Assembly: GCA_964531785.1 (NCBI GenBank)
Contig: CAZHFF010000004.1
Span: forward strand, 1,169-65,168
Direction of reading: 5' to 3'
DNA: 64,000 nucleotides
From: an uncultured Candidatus Saccharibacteria bacterium
Lineage (GTDB): Bacteria > Patescibacteriota > Minisyncoccia > Phycocordibacterales > UBA12088
This document shows positions 1 through 9,040 of the stretch, piece after piece (within the stretch, counting starts at the first letter, position 1; every line of letters begins with the position of its first letter). Made by a program: the position numbers and the translations under genes. The notes under the pieces are model-generated. The model saw only the letters and a program-made list of their open reading frames with translations, had not been told where the DNA came from and ran no database searches.

Positions 1-2336
1 ACCGAGTACCCGGCGACCGACGCCTTAAGCGACAGCTTGCCATGGTCGTATGAGAGTACGTGCCCCCCGGACCCTGCAGGTATGAACACGATCTTGTGGT
101 CAGCGTCACGCAGGAACGCACGATGGTTCTGCTCCACCTCGGTCCAGCTTTCGCGCAACGTGTAGACGTCGCGTTCCCGTGGCGCGTGCGGGTTCGAAAC
201 ATCGAAGAGCGAGAGCTTAACGCTGCTGCCGTCACGACCGACGCCGAGCACCAGGTTCTCGGCCAGGGGTTCCAGGTATGACGAAAAACCGGGTATCTTA
301 AGCTCCCCCGTCATGCGGGGATGGGTGGGAAGTGAAAGGTCGAGCACGTAGAAGGGGTCGATCTGGCGGAACGTTACCAGATAGCCGCGGTCTCCGATGA
401 AACGTGCTGCATAGATCCGCTCGGTCAGACCCAGCCCCTGGATGCTACCTACGGTTCGCAGCGTGGTCGCATCGAGTATGTATACGTCGTTCTCGCTGCT
501 CACGTTCGACCAGGGCTCTCCGACCGTGACTGCTATACGGAGCATGCCCTCATGCTCATCGAGCGAGAACTGGTTCAAGAGGTGGCCCGGCACCTGCACC
601 GTTCCCAGAATGGTGAGCGTATCGAGCGCGATCCGGGTAATGTTGGAGGTGTCGAGCTCTCGCTGGTGCTTCGCAAGGTACTTGGTGAGTCGGTCCTGCA
701 GTTCGTTGTCGAAACGGAGCGCGTCGTCAGGGCTCATGTTCATGCGCTTCTGTGCCAGCAGCGCCTCGATCTCGGTCATTTTCGAGCCGCCTGAGATATC
801 ATATCCTTGTATGGTCCGTATACGGGCAAGGTCTGCCTCTGACAGGAGATCGGTGAGCTCGGTCAGGAAGAAGCGCAGGAGCACGTCGCTGCCGCTCTGC
901 TGTGAGCGTGATGTCAGATAGAGATTCTTGGGGAACATGCTGACGATCATGGAATCGCTCGAGCCGGCGAAAGTGACCGAACGGAGGACGGTTCCGGTCG
1001 AAGGTGAGAGCGCCAGTATGGAATAGCTCGTATTCACCGATTCTATCGTTGCCGGAAGCCACACATCCGTACACCTGAGGACCATGCCTGCGTTCGAGAG
1101 CGGTGCCATAGGACAGGGTCGTGTCCTGTCGAGGTATGCCGCGGTAACGAGGTAGACCTCACCATTCAACAGGCGTGCCGTCTGGATACGCGTGCGGGAA
1201 TCGAGCTCTCGTTCCCAGAGCTTCTTGGGATCGTGCGGCGACTCCACGTCATAGGCAACGACCCGGTCCGAAGCAAAGACAAGTAAAGTGTTCTCGTAAA
1301 GCAGCATCTCGCCGGTTTCTTTGATTGCCTCGCTCACGATACTTAGGTTCTGCGGAGGATAGGCGTCAAGTATGCGTGTTGTGGTGCGCATGGTTTCGTA
1401 CGGCAAGGGAGCCGTTATCGTGCTCAACGGCGTGCCAGGGTCAAGAAAAGGTCGTATGCCAAAGTGCATACCTACCCTTGAAAAGAAGATGTGCTTGCCG
1501 TCCGTTTTGACGATATCTGGCTCGTCGATACCTGCCACCTGCACGTTCGTGCTCGAGATACGTGTTGCGGACTCCGAACCGGCACCATCAGCGGTCGGTG
1601 CCATCGGAGCGGGTACCGCTACGGGTGTGCCCGACCTGCCCATGCCGGCCGCAAGCTGCGCATACGCTCCTGCGGGTGCTTGGTCCACATATGATCGAAT
1701 TTCGTCCGCGGACGCTGCACGCTTGTAACCTGCAACACGTGCTGGAGATGTGACCGAACCGCTCCCTTTCAGGCCGGCAATACCCAGGGTGGTTAGTGAG
1801 CGACCATGCCAATCCTGGCCTATCGTGCGCGCGTAGAACGAACGAACCGCAGCAACGGTCTGGTCGCCATAGTAACCGGTCGCGCCCGCAGGTATCGGAT
1901 ACCCTTGCGCGATGAGGCATAGCTGAAGGTTTCGCACGTTCTGACCCTGCGTACCGTAGGACGCAACCGTGAGTGTTTCTTTGTCGCAGGAAGCCGCTGC
2001 CGTGATCGGCCGGTGCGTGTTGGTCGAACCTGAAAGCGCACTCCTTCCCTGTGGACCGACCGAGCGGCCATCCCAGTCGGCGAGGCCGAGTGTTTTCGCA
2101 TAGAACGACTTCACCGCTGCTTGTGTTTGTGCACCGTAGTATCCCGTGACACCGGCAGGAATACTGTAGCCTGCACCGATGAGGCATGTTTGGAGCGTCG
2201 TTACCAGTCGGCCGCTCTGACCGAACACGAGCGGGCCGTTGACCGGTGTACTGCACGCAGCGTCAACGATCTTGATCGAAAGGAGTGTTGAGATAACAAG
2301 TGCACAGACACCTGAAAGGATGAGCGTACGCTGCAT
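1..2336 (-). CDS. Secreted protein with signal peptide, two peptidoglycan-binding repeats and a C-terminal beta-propeller domain (PF09826-like); 3' end lies beyond the left edge
   Basis: Missing from ORF track because no stop occurs inside the window. Own translation of minus frame from ATG at 2336: MQRTLILSGVCALVISTLL...; repeats LQTCLIGAGYSIPAGVTGYYGAQTQAAVKSFY and LQLCLIAQGYPIPAGATGYYGDQTVAAVRSFY; later RFIGDRGYLVTFRQIDPFYVLDLS, GELKIPGFSSYLEP, VKLSLFDVSNP; frame open to base 1. Confidence 0.8.
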   Translation of the reverse strand, partial: MQRTLILSGVCALVISTLLSIKIVDAACSTPVNGPLVFGQSGRLVTTLQTCLIGAGYSIPAGVTGYYGAQTQAAVKSFYAKTLGLADWDGRSVGPQGRSALSGSTNTHRPITAAASCDKETLTVASYGTQGQNVRNLQLCLIAQGYPIPAGATGYYGDQTVAAVRSFYARTIGQDWHGRSLTTLGIAGLKGSGSVTSPARVAGYKRAASADEIRSYVDQAPAGAYAQLAAGMGRSGTPVAVPAPMAPTADGAGSESATRISSTNVQVAGIDEPDIVKTDGKHIFFSRVGMHFGIRPFLDPGTPLSTITAPLPYETMRTTTRILDAYPPQNLSIVSEAIKETGEMLLYENTLLVFASDRVVAYDVESPHDPKKLWERELDSRTRIQTARLLNGEVYLVTAAYLDRTRPCPMAPLSNAGMVLRCTDVWLPATIESVNTSYSILALSPSTGTVLRSVTFAGSSDSMIVSMFPKNLYLTSRSQQSGSDVLLRFFLTELTDLLSEADLARIRTIQGYDISGGSKMTEIEALLAQKRMNMSPDDALRFDNELQDRLTKYLAKHQRELDTSNITRIALDTLTILGTVQVPGHLLNQFSLDEHEGMLRIAVTVGEPWSNVSSENDVYILDATTLRTVGSIQGLGLTERIYAARFIGDRGYLVTFRQIDPFYVLDLSLPTHPRMTGELKIPGFSSYLEPLAENLVLGVGRDGSSVKLSLFDVSNPHAPRERDVYTLRESWTEVEQNHRAFLRDADHKIVFIPAGSGGHVLSYDHGKLSLKASVAGYS

Positions 2337-2398
2337 ACTGGACGAGTGCTAGGGTAATACATCCATAGTACGGGTACCTTTGCTCCAAGGCCAGCGGC

Positions 2399-3337
2399 TT
2401 ATGCACCGGTCACCTCGACCTGCTTGTTCTGTTGGATCGCCCCGAACAGGGTGCAAAGCTCGGCAACGCTCACGAACGGTGTGCAGTCATGACGGACGGA
2501 TGCATGCCACGTGGTACGTGCCTCGTCGAACCTGCGTTGCGCCTCCGGATCCTGCTTGCTCGAAAGCCCGATAAAGCACCGTATCAGTTTCACCATTATC
2601 TCAGGGGGTATATCAAACTGAAGAAAGTGCGAGAGCTCGCGCACAAGCTCGACATGGGCAGGGACCTTAAGCTTGTCTGCGTACGCGAGGAGCACGTTGT
2701 GGCTCGCGAGCGGGTCGAAGGACGAGTGGAGGAACAGCGCCCGTAGTTCCGAGGATATACCGCGGTAGCGTACCCGACGCGCACGAAGCATGGCCTCGCG
2801 CAATTGTTTAAGCGACATATAACGGTGGTATGAGAGCTTCTTATGTGTTTGGAATGTGGTAGTGAGCGGGGTGCGGGCTATTCTGCGTATGCCGGCTCGC
2901 TCAGCGAGTGGAAGGATGACGTGCGGCAGGAAGAGGCGCCTGGTCGCAAGAAAGGTGCTGATACCCACGACCGCATCGACCGGCCAGTCTGCGGCATGAT
3001 CAAGTGCGAGTGTCGCACCGAGCGAGTATCCCACCAAGACCACTGGTCGCCCTGCTGCATAGAACGGCGCGCAGACCGCTTCTATTTGACCGAGCCAGTC
3101 ATCGTATGCAGCTGCGAAATGCACGGCCTCCTCATCGCCATGTCCCTTGAGGAGGACCAGGGAAACGGATGCGCCGCTCAGCATGAGCGCGCGCGCGAGC
3201 GGCGAGAGGTCCTGTACTCCCATGCCGAGTCCATGCAGGAGAACGAACATGGTGTCTCCACGGTCGCATGTTAGCGTGGTGTGCGGCAGTGTCTTGAGAT
3301 AAGCAAGGCCGTCGGGGTCAGGGGTAACGTAACACAC
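2399..3337 (-). CDS. Alpha/beta-fold hydrolase (esterase/lipase-like)
   Basis: FVLLHGLGMG start of fold, nucleophile elbow GYSLGA, later acid/His candidates (SSFDPLAS, LSHFLQFD). True start probably the internal Met of MFVLLHG near 3250. Confidence 0.7.
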   Translation of the reverse strand: MCYVTPDPDGLAYLKTLPHTTLTCDRGDTMFVLLHGLGMGVQDLSPLARALMLSGASVSLVLLKGHGDEEAVHFAAAYDDWLGQIEAVCAPFYAAGRPVVLVGYSLGATLALDHAADWPVDAVVGISTFLATRRLFLPHVILPLAERAGIRRIARTPLTTTFQTHKKLSYHRYMSLKQLREAMLRARRVRYRGISSELRALFLHSSFDPLASHNVLLAYADKLKVPAHVELVRELSHFLQFDIPPEIMVKLIRCFIGLSSKQDPEAQRRFDEARTTWHASVRHDCTPFVSVAELCTLFGAIQQNKQVEVTGA

Positions 3338-3394
3338 CTGAGCATCATACCCACTCCTGTGCCGCCAGGCAACGGCGTTTTCCGCACCGTTAGG

Positions 3395-4561
3395 CTACGT
3401 GATGCTGTCGGGTATGACCGCTACACCATGCGGGTCGGACTCCGCTTGGGCTCCTGCAGAGTAGTAGCGAAAATCTGCGTGTACGTGCAATTCACCGATC
3501 GTAGCTATCCCGGCATACCACATGCCCTTTCTTGTGGCGGCAGCCATGCGAGCGAGCACATCGGAAGCACTGCCGCGCAACGGAACAAGAGCCTCAACAC
3601 CTTCCGCAAGGAGTATGCTGTGTTGTGATTGCATGTAGCGAGCCCGACTGGCGGAGCTTTCGGAAAGTGCTGCGAGCGATCCCATGCCACGGTACTCTTT
3701 CATTGGTTTTTTCCCAACGAGTACGGTCTTGCCGGGAGCTTCATCTGTTCCCGCGAGCCTGCTGCCGAGCATGACCGAGTCTGCGCCAGCCGCGAGCGCT
3801 ATTGGGACATCGCCATCGTGCTCGATACCGCCATCAGCACAGAGCGGCACATCCATACCGGAGAGCGCCTCGCTGCACTCGTAGAGCGCGGTGACCTGCG
3901 GGCATCCTATACCGGCGACGATACGGGTCGTGCAGATCGAACCGGGACCCTGCCCCACCTTTATGCCGTCTGCGCCGGCCTCTGCTAAGCGACGCGCTGA
4001 CTCTGCTTCTGAAATGTTCCCTGCAACGACATCAACCTCCGGGTACCGCTTCTTGAGGGTCGCGATGAGTTCTTGTACCTCGTATGTATCACCATGAGCG
4101 GTGTCGATCACGAGCACATCGACCCCTGCGTCGACGAGCCTTGCGACACGCTCGAGGTCGCCGGTAAATGGGGCGATCGCTGCGCCCGCACGCAACTTCC
4201 CCCGTACATCGACATTCACCGCAGTAGCCCCAGGAATCGCAGCGTTATCAATATGCGCTGCAGTTTCTTTTACTTCTCGCACCGCCCCGGCCTGTGCTTC
4301 TGCGCTGAGTCCGCGATGCAGTATGCCGAGACCGCCAGCTTGTGCCAGAGCGATCGCCATAGGTGCCTCAGTGATACGGTCCATAGCAGCGCTCACGAAT
4401 GGTATGTTGAGCGGCACTCGGCGTGAAAAACGCGTGATAAGGCTCCGGTCGGCTGGTGAGCCACTAGTCTGGCCGGTCTTTAGCCGCACATCGCGGTACG
4501 TGATCGAGAGGCCCTGCTGCTCGAGTTTTGCAAAAAACGGTCGGGAACGGCGCTCCTGCAT
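3395..4561 (-). CDS. guaB: IMP dehydrogenase-family enzyme lacking the CBS/Bateman insert
   Basis: [27 protein letters not shown], catalytic loop [30 protein letters not shown]; only a short linker where the ~120-aa CBS pair normally sits. Confidence 0.85.
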   Translation of the reverse strand: MQERRSRPFFAKLEQQGLSITYRDVRLKTGQTSGSPADRSLITRFSRRVPLNIPFVSAAMDRITEAPMAIALAQAGGLGILHRGLSAEAQAGAVREVKETAAHIDNAAIPGATAVNVDVRGKLRAGAAIAPFTGDLERVARLVDAGVDVLVIDTAHGDTYEVQELIATLKKRYPEVDVVAGNISEAESARRLAEAGADGIKVGQGPGSICTTRIVAGIGCPQVTALYECSEALSGMDVPLCADGGIEHDGDVPIALAAGADSVMLGSRLAGTDEAPGKTVLVGKKPMKEYRGMGSLAALSESSASRARYMQSQHSILLAEGVEALVPLRGSASDVLARMAAATRKGMWYAGIATIGELHVHADFRYYSAGAQAESDPHGVAVIPDSIT

Positions 4562-4569
4562 GGGCTGTA

Positions 4570-5226
4570 CTATACAGCACGTCGGGACGTGTTGCTATGA
4601 GCGGGTGTGTATGACCGTACCCGGTGCGCATGGGTGCGTCGCTTGCTCAAAGTCTCAATGAACGCGTGCGCGACGGGATACTCCTCTATTGCCGGATGTG
4701 CATACGTCCCAGGCCATGCGTAGAGGCTCGCGTACCCACTTTCAAGGTTTTCGACCGCTAGCGGATGAAGATAGGAGTATACGTAGGTCTCATCGAGCTG
4801 TCCTTTCTGGTCGAACGGAGCTGCCGGGAAGCTTGGCAGCAGCAGTACCATAAGCCCCATCGTACGACCGAGCGAACCGGACAACGCGAGCTCGATATCA
4901 AAGGATACATGGGTATCGTGGACCGTATGCTCCCCGTAGAGCACGACGAGGAGTGTCGACTCGAGCGCGCCGGGAGTACGTTCAAGGTGGAGCCGGTGCA
5001 TGCCTGGAGAACGGTGTGTTCGGGTCGTTTCTGGTGCAAATACGGCATTCACGAAGTATCCGAAGCGTCGTTCGAACTCTTCATGGTACCCACGGTCGTT
5101 CGGGTGAAAGGTGACGAACGTAGAGTGCTCACGGAGCGTGCGTTCATTGGTTGGTGTGGTTAGTTCGACCATAGTGTTGCACACAAGCGGCATGCTCAGT
5201 ATATCGCATGTGCCGGTAGGACTCAT
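4570..5226 (-). CDS. TIR-like domain protein (DUF1863 / ThsB-type pattern)
   Basis: FVTFHPNDRGYHEEFERRFG, then ESTLLVVLYGEHTVHDTHVSFDIELALSG...GLMVLLLPSFP and ESGYASLYAW. This parallels my remembered DUF1863 pattern F-S-F-H-x-x-N-D, DSTVT-LL-G-x-T-x-x-R-K-HVDWE, G-L-L-x-I-x-LP. Start ambiguous (Met1, Met12 or Met19). Stop is 8 nt from guaB ATG. Confidence 0.5.
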   Translation of the reverse strand: MSPTGTCDILSMPLVCNTMVELTTPTNERTLREHSTFVTFHPNDRGYHEEFERRFGYFVNAVFAPETTRTHRSPGMHRLHLERTPGALESTLLVVLYGEHTVHDTHVSFDIELALSGSLGRTMGLMVLLLPSFPAAPFDQKGQLDETYVYSYLHPLAVENLESGYASLYAWPGTYAHPAIEEYPVAHAFIETLSKRRTHAHRVRSYTPAHSNTSRRAV

Positions 5227-5360
5227 GAAGTCCGGAGACGCTTGACAACGGACGTGAAGTGCGCTTAGCTATAAGTATCAAATCCCCCTAGAGAAGCAAC
5301 TAGTTCTAGTTAGATCTTCGAGGTAGGTATTTGAGATTTACTAGAAGTAGTTTCCGTAGC

Positions 5361-5561
5361 ATGCAGCAAGGCACTATCGCTCGGCTCATGGACAAGGGTT
5401 TTGGCTTCATCAAGCGCGATGGAGAGTCAAAAGACCTCTTCTTCCATGCGAACGAGCTCCAGAACTGTAGCTTCCAGGATCTTCGCGAGGGCGACACGCT
5501 TTCGTTCGAGATCGCGGATGGACAGAAAGGACCTCAGGCGGTAAACATCAGCCGAGTCTAA
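5361..5561 (+). CDS. cspA: Cold-shock protein (CspA family)
   Basis: MQQGTIARLMDKGFGFIKRDGESKDLFFHANEL = RNP1/RNP2-type CSD motifs (KGFGFI, LFFH). Start moved to internal Met11 of track ORF 5331..5561; ~100-nt leader typical of csp genes. Confidence 0.9.
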   Translation: MQQGTIARLMDKGFGFIKRDGESKDLFFHANELQNCSFQDLREGDTLSFEIADGQKGPQAVNISRV

Positions 5562-5565
5562 GAAC

Positions 5566-5595
5566 AAAAAGCGCCCTTCGGGGCGCTTTTTGTGT
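5566..5595 (+). terminator. Rho-independent terminator of cspA
   Basis: AAAAAGCGCCC-ttcg-GGGCGCTTTTTGTG; stem 5571-5576/5581-5586 followed by T5. Confidence 0.85.
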
Positions 5596-5650
5596 TACCG
5601 CGCGGTACGGTTCGGTGCGCATAGCAAACATGTTGTGATATACTTGGTTA

Positions 5651-6175
5651 ATGGCAGAGGAGACCGTGCTCTTTTTGGCAACAAGCGTTGCGTCCGAAGA
5701 AGTGTTCGTGGTCGTCTGCTTTGGCATAGCACTGTACGCATACGTAACGGGCGCGTACCGCACGAGCTTGTATTTCATGATCGGCTGTATAGCGACGGTG
5801 GTGTCCGTGTTCAGCCTCAAAACGCTCCTTAAGGTGGCGCGTCCACCAGAGCCACTGATCCCGATCGACGGGTACGGTATGCCGAGCGGTCACGCGACCG
5901 CCATCATGTTCCTCGCGATCGCGTGCTACGTTGCGTTCGTTACTCGCATGTCCCCGCAGGTCCGAACCGTGTACGTTGTGTTTAGCGTATTCCTTGTGCC
6001 GGCTGTTGGTTATAGCCGGGTGTATTACGGCGTTCATACGCCGCTCCAGGTCTTTGCGGGGTACCTACTTGGTATCGTTGTGGCGCTCGGCACAGCCTTC
6101 CTCGTGTATCGTTTCAAGCATTATCGAAGTCCGTCCCACTCGAGCAAGAACTCGTCCAAGAATGCACGCACATAA
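5651..6175 (+). CDS. PAP2-family membrane phosphatase (undecaprenyl-diphosphatase-like)
   Basis: Three PAP2 motifs: KVARPPE (KxxxxxxRP), MPSGH, SRVYYGVHTPLQV (SRxxxxxHxxxD-like); multiple TM helices. Confidence 0.8.
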   Translation: MAEETVLFLATSVASEEVFVVVCFGIALYAYVTGAYRTSLYFMIGCIATVVSVFSLKTLLKVARPPEPLIPIDGYGMPSGHATAIMFLAIACYVAFVTRMSPQVRTVYVVFSVFLVPAVGYSRVYYGVHTPLQVFAGYLLGIVVALGTAFLVYRFKHYRSPSHSSKNSSKNART

Positions 6176-6780
6176 CGGTCCCGACGCTTTGCGAGCTTCT
6201 TTCCGGTGCGTGTGTTCATACGATCAGCAAGGAGGAGTATCTTTTCATAGAAGTGATGCAGCGTCGATGCCGCGTGTCCCCGCAGATATGATCGGTTGGT
6301 GAGACCGGTCCGCACTCTTCCTACAGGGTCGTACAACGGTTGGTTGCGAAAGCCTCCATAAGCGAACGCTCGGGCGATGCCTATTGCACCAAGTGCGTCG
6401 AGACGGTCTGCGTCTTGCACGACCCATCCTTCGAGGGATTGCATGGGGTTCTGTCCGCCCACACCTTTCGCGTACGAAACATTGCCGACGATGTGGCACA
6501 CAGCATCGATCGTAGCCTGGTCAGCCCCACATTCAGACAGGATGGTCCGCGCTCGGAGAGGCCCGACAACGTGGTCGCCGTTATGGAATTTATGATCCGC
6601 TATGTCGTGAAGTAACGCACCGAGCTCGACAATGAACGCGTCAGCATGCTCAGCCTTGCCGATCGCCTGTGCGTACTTCCGCACGCGCTCGATATGCCAC
6701 CAATCATGGCCACTTCCTTCGTCATGGAGCGCCTGTTTGATCGCAGCCGTTACCGATCTCGTTACCACACGCTTGTTCAT
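6121..6780 (-). CDS. HD-domain phosphohydrolase
   Basis: GHDWWHIERV and LLHDIADHK (H...HD metal motif), QDADRLDALGAIG; converges on and overlaps PAP2 gene by 55 nt. Confidence 0.8.
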   Translation of the reverse strand: MNKRVVTRSVTAAIKQALHDEGSGHDWWHIERVRKYAQAIGKAEHADAFIVELGALLHDIADHKFHNGDHVVGPLRARTILSECGADQATIDAVCHIVGNVSYAKGVGGQNPMQSLEGWVVQDADRLDALGAIGIARAFAYGGFRNQPLYDPVGRVRTGLTNRSYLRGHAASTLHHFYEKILLLADRMNTRTGKKLAKRRDRYVRAFLDEFLLEWDGLR

Positions 6781-6786
6781 GCAGTT

Positions 6787-6900
6787 TCAGGAGTCGCGAT
6801 CTTCGAATGTCTCATCGCGGTACGCTCGGTAGCGTAGAATGCCGAGGTACACAAGTGCTCCTACGATAAGAAGCAGTACCAATACCTGGAGCGCGTACAT
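6787..6900 (-). CDS. 37-aa single-TM mini-protein (below ORF-track cutoff)
   Basis: Own translation: MYALQVLVLLLIVGALVYLGILRYRAYRDETFEDRDS. ATG at 6900 is 1 nt after the YbjQ stop (6902-6904). Its TGA (6787-6789) lies 6 nt before the HD gene ATG (6780). Confidence 0.45.
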   Translation of the reverse strand: MYALQVLVLLLIVGALVYLGILRYRAYRDETFEDRDS

Positions 6901-6901
6901 A

Positions 6902-7216
6902 CTACTTCAGCTTAACGGCAGTGCCGTACACTAGTATTTCGGCAGCGCCTTGGGCGACCATGGACGTCATCATGCGGAGGCCGACCACGGCATCAGCACC
7001 CAAACGCTCTGCATCCTCAACAAGCCGTTCGAGCGCCTGCTCGCGTGAATCAGCCTGTAATTTGGTGTATTCAGTGATCTCTCCGCCCACGATGTTCTTG
7101 AGGCCTGCGACGATATCGTTCCCCAGGTGGCGCGCTCGTACCGAGCTTCCGCGTGCTATGCCGAGCACCAGAACGATCTCTTTGTCTGGTAGTGTTTCCG
7201 TAGTACTGAGGATCAT
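6902..7216 (-). CDS. YbjQ/UPF0145 family protein
   Basis: MILSTTETLPDKEI...GIARGSSVRARHLGNDIVAGLKNIVGGEI..Y...REQALERLVEDAERLGADAVVGLR typical of UPF0145. The Arg-rich upstream extension of track ORF (to 7459) overlaps the KGG gene and was discarded. Confidence 0.8.
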   Translation of the reverse strand: MILSTTETLPDKEIVLVLGIARGSSVRARHLGNDIVAGLKNIVGGEITEYTKLQADSREQALERLVEDAERLGADAVVGLRMMTSMVAQGAAEILVYGTAVKLK

Positions 7217-7313
7217 AGGTACATACAACCATGCAACGGCTTGGTTGTCATGGGCTCTGTGCACAACAGCGGGCATGTGCCCGCTGTTGACCGTGTTCAC
7301 TCGCTCTTGTGTG

Positions 7314-7556
7314 CTAGGAGTTTCGGGATCGTCCGCCTGAACGGCCGGCCTCACGCGCCTCTTTTGACGTGAACTCATGCGCGGTTCCCTTTGCGTGAGC
7401 CGCCTTGCCGCCCTTCCGGCCGGCCTCACGCGCTTCCTCCGAGGTGAACTCATGCGCATTGCCCTTCTCGTGGGAAGCGACGCCGCCCATTCGTGCTATC
7501 TCGCGCTGCTTGTCGGGATCCATTGAAGCAAATCCTCGTTTTGCTGTCGATGCCAT
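7314..7556 (-). CDS. KGG-repeat general stress protein
   Basis: Two copies of KGNAHEFTSEEAREAGRKGG / KGTAHEFTSKEAREAGRSGG, plus PDKQREIARMGG. Confidence 0.8.
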   Translation of the reverse strand: MASTAKRGFASMDPDKQREIARMGGVASHEKGNAHEFTSEEAREAGRKGGKAAHAKGTAHEFTSKEAREAGRSGGRSRNS

Positions 7557-7644
7557 GATAGTAGGTTGTTAGATACTGGTAAGTACCGACCTTTCTACTA
7601 TCACACTATGACAGCTCACCATGAACCTTTGGTTAAGGAGCGCG

Positions 7645-8382
7645 TCAGTCTAGCATTGCGTGTGCGATCCCGTGCGCGACTATCTCTTGTGGAGCAAGGA
7701 CGACGTTCCTACGCATCATGTCGAGCACGTCATCAGCGCTGAGCCGTGAGTTCATCGCCACGACTTCAGCGTACTGCTGGTCTTTGAGCGTGTCCTCCCG
7801 CAGCATCGCGTCCATCTCGGCTGTGGTGTAGCGCATGTTCGGGTCAAAATAGCGGCCGGCCATATGGAGCAGCATCGTCGTGCGAGACGTGATCATGCGC
7901 CGCTTGCCTGAGAGGAATATGAGCACGCCGGACGAGTCGACATCACCCGAACCGACGGTCACGAGGTCAGGACGCAGGATATGTCGCATCGTGTCATAGA
8001 AGCACATGCCTGCACCCGTCGGGCCACCGGCGGAGCTCACCGTGAGCACAACGGACCCTTTCTTGCGCATGAGCTTCTTGATCTCGCTAAAGAGCGTCTG
8101 GTTGGTTCGATGATCGACAGCGCCGAGATACTCCACAACACGATCGGCTGCCGTTCTGAGGAGCGATATGTCCTGGAGCGGGCTCGTGACTGCCTCGGTG
8201 TTATGGTGAAGTTCCGATGAAAGTAGCATAGAGGTGAGTATACGTTCTTGCACCGGGCAAGCAAGCTCAGCCTTTGCGTATCTGCCTTTGTGCAGGTCGA
8301 CGTGTGGTTTCGTGTCGTGGACGTTGTGGAGCGTAGCAGCGTTGTTGTTATACGTTGACTGGCTCTTGCTCCTGGTGTACAA
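7645..8382 (-). CDS. Divergent ClpP/S14-family peptidase-like protein
   Basis: VSSAGGPTGAGMCFYDTMRHILRPDLVTVGSGDVDSSGVLIFLSG...MLLHMAG parallels ClpP INSPGGSVTAGMAIYDTM...G.AASMG...MIHQP. N-terminal ~50 aa of track ORF doubtful. Confidence 0.55.
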   Translation of the reverse strand: MYTRSKSQSTYNNNAATLHNVHDTKPHVDLHKGRYAKAELACPVQERILTSMLLSSELHHNTEAVTSPLQDISLLRTAADRVVEYLGAVDHRTNQTLFSEIKKLMRKKGSVVLTVSSAGGPTGAGMCFYDTMRHILRPDLVTVGSGDVDSSGVLIFLSGKRRMITSRTTMLLHMAGRYFDPNMRYTTAEMDAMLREDTLKDQQYAEVVAMNSRLSADDVLDMMRRNVVLAPQEIVAHGIAHAMLD

Positions 8383-8489
8383 GTGGTAAGGAGCAACGGT
8401 GTCCTGTCAGAATGAGTTCGTTCTGGTGCAGCCGTGATCGCTCTATCACACACTGCCTTACGTAAGGCACAACTGAGGAGAAAATGTGA

Positions 8490-8993
8490 ATGGGTGCAAC
8501 GATACGTGCGTCGGTAGAAACCGGCGTGATCAAGACGGTGGGCTGCGTTACTGACCTGCTCCAACTTCAAGGGTGCAGGATAGGCTACCGTGCCGAGTGG
8601 CTCATGCGAAACAGGGTATGGCGGTTTCCAGAAAGTAAAAAGACCGTGGAGGTTGCCTGGGTATCGGTCGGGGACCTAGGCTTCACCTCTGCCGCGAAGC
8701 AGACCACGGTACTGCAATCGATCGGTGAGTCACAGCTTGCGTACTGCAGAAAAGAGATCGCGCTCCTGGTCGCAACGATAGCGCAGTCGCTACTTGTAGA
8801 GCCAGGCCTTGTCCTGTTTGGTATGCAACCACTCGTGGGGGAGGATGGCCGCTTGGAGGTGCTCAGCCTGCGTCGAGCGGATGAGCTTTGGCTTGAAACG
8901 GAGAGTGGGCACCCGGATTACTGTCTCAGTCCCGACCACGAGCTGATCTTTGAGGTTCAGGAACCAGGCTCGACCGAACCAATCCGCTACTAG
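8490..8993 (+). CDS. Hypothetical protein
   Basis: Open frame ending at a clear terminator; no motif recognised; start uncertain (internal MRNRVWRF possible). Confidence 0.4.
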   Translation: MGATIRASVETGVIKTVGCVTDLLQLQGCRIGYRAEWLMRNRVWRFPESKKTVEVAWVSVGDLGFTSAAKQTTVLQSIGESQLAYCRKEIALLVATIAQSLLVEPGLVLFGMQPLVGEDGRLEVLSLRRADELWLETESGHPDYCLSPDHELIFEVQEPGSTEPIRY

Positions 8994-8998
8994 TAGTT

Positions 8999-9027
8999 CC
9001 CTGCCGGATACCCCGGCAGGGTTTTGT
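8999..9027 (+). terminator. Rho-independent terminator
   Basis: CCCTGCCGG-atacc-CCGGCAGGG followed by TTTTGTT. Confidence 0.75.
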
Positions 9028-9040
9028 TCAATATGCCTGG

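Noticed and set aside
1325-2256. Track ORFs 1372..1728(+), 1588..2256(-), 1820..2101(-) and the other short ORFs in the first 2.3 kb
   Set aside because: All are Arg/Cys/Ser-rich out-of-frame or antisense readings of a GC-rich gene. A third minus-strand frame is open from ATG 2336 to base 1 and encodes a coherent signal peptide + PG-binding + beta-propeller protein.
7217-7459. Arg-rich N-terminal extension of the YbjQ ORF
   Set aside because: It overlaps the well-supported KGG stress-protein gene in another frame. The UPF0145 domain begins at the internal MILSTTE.
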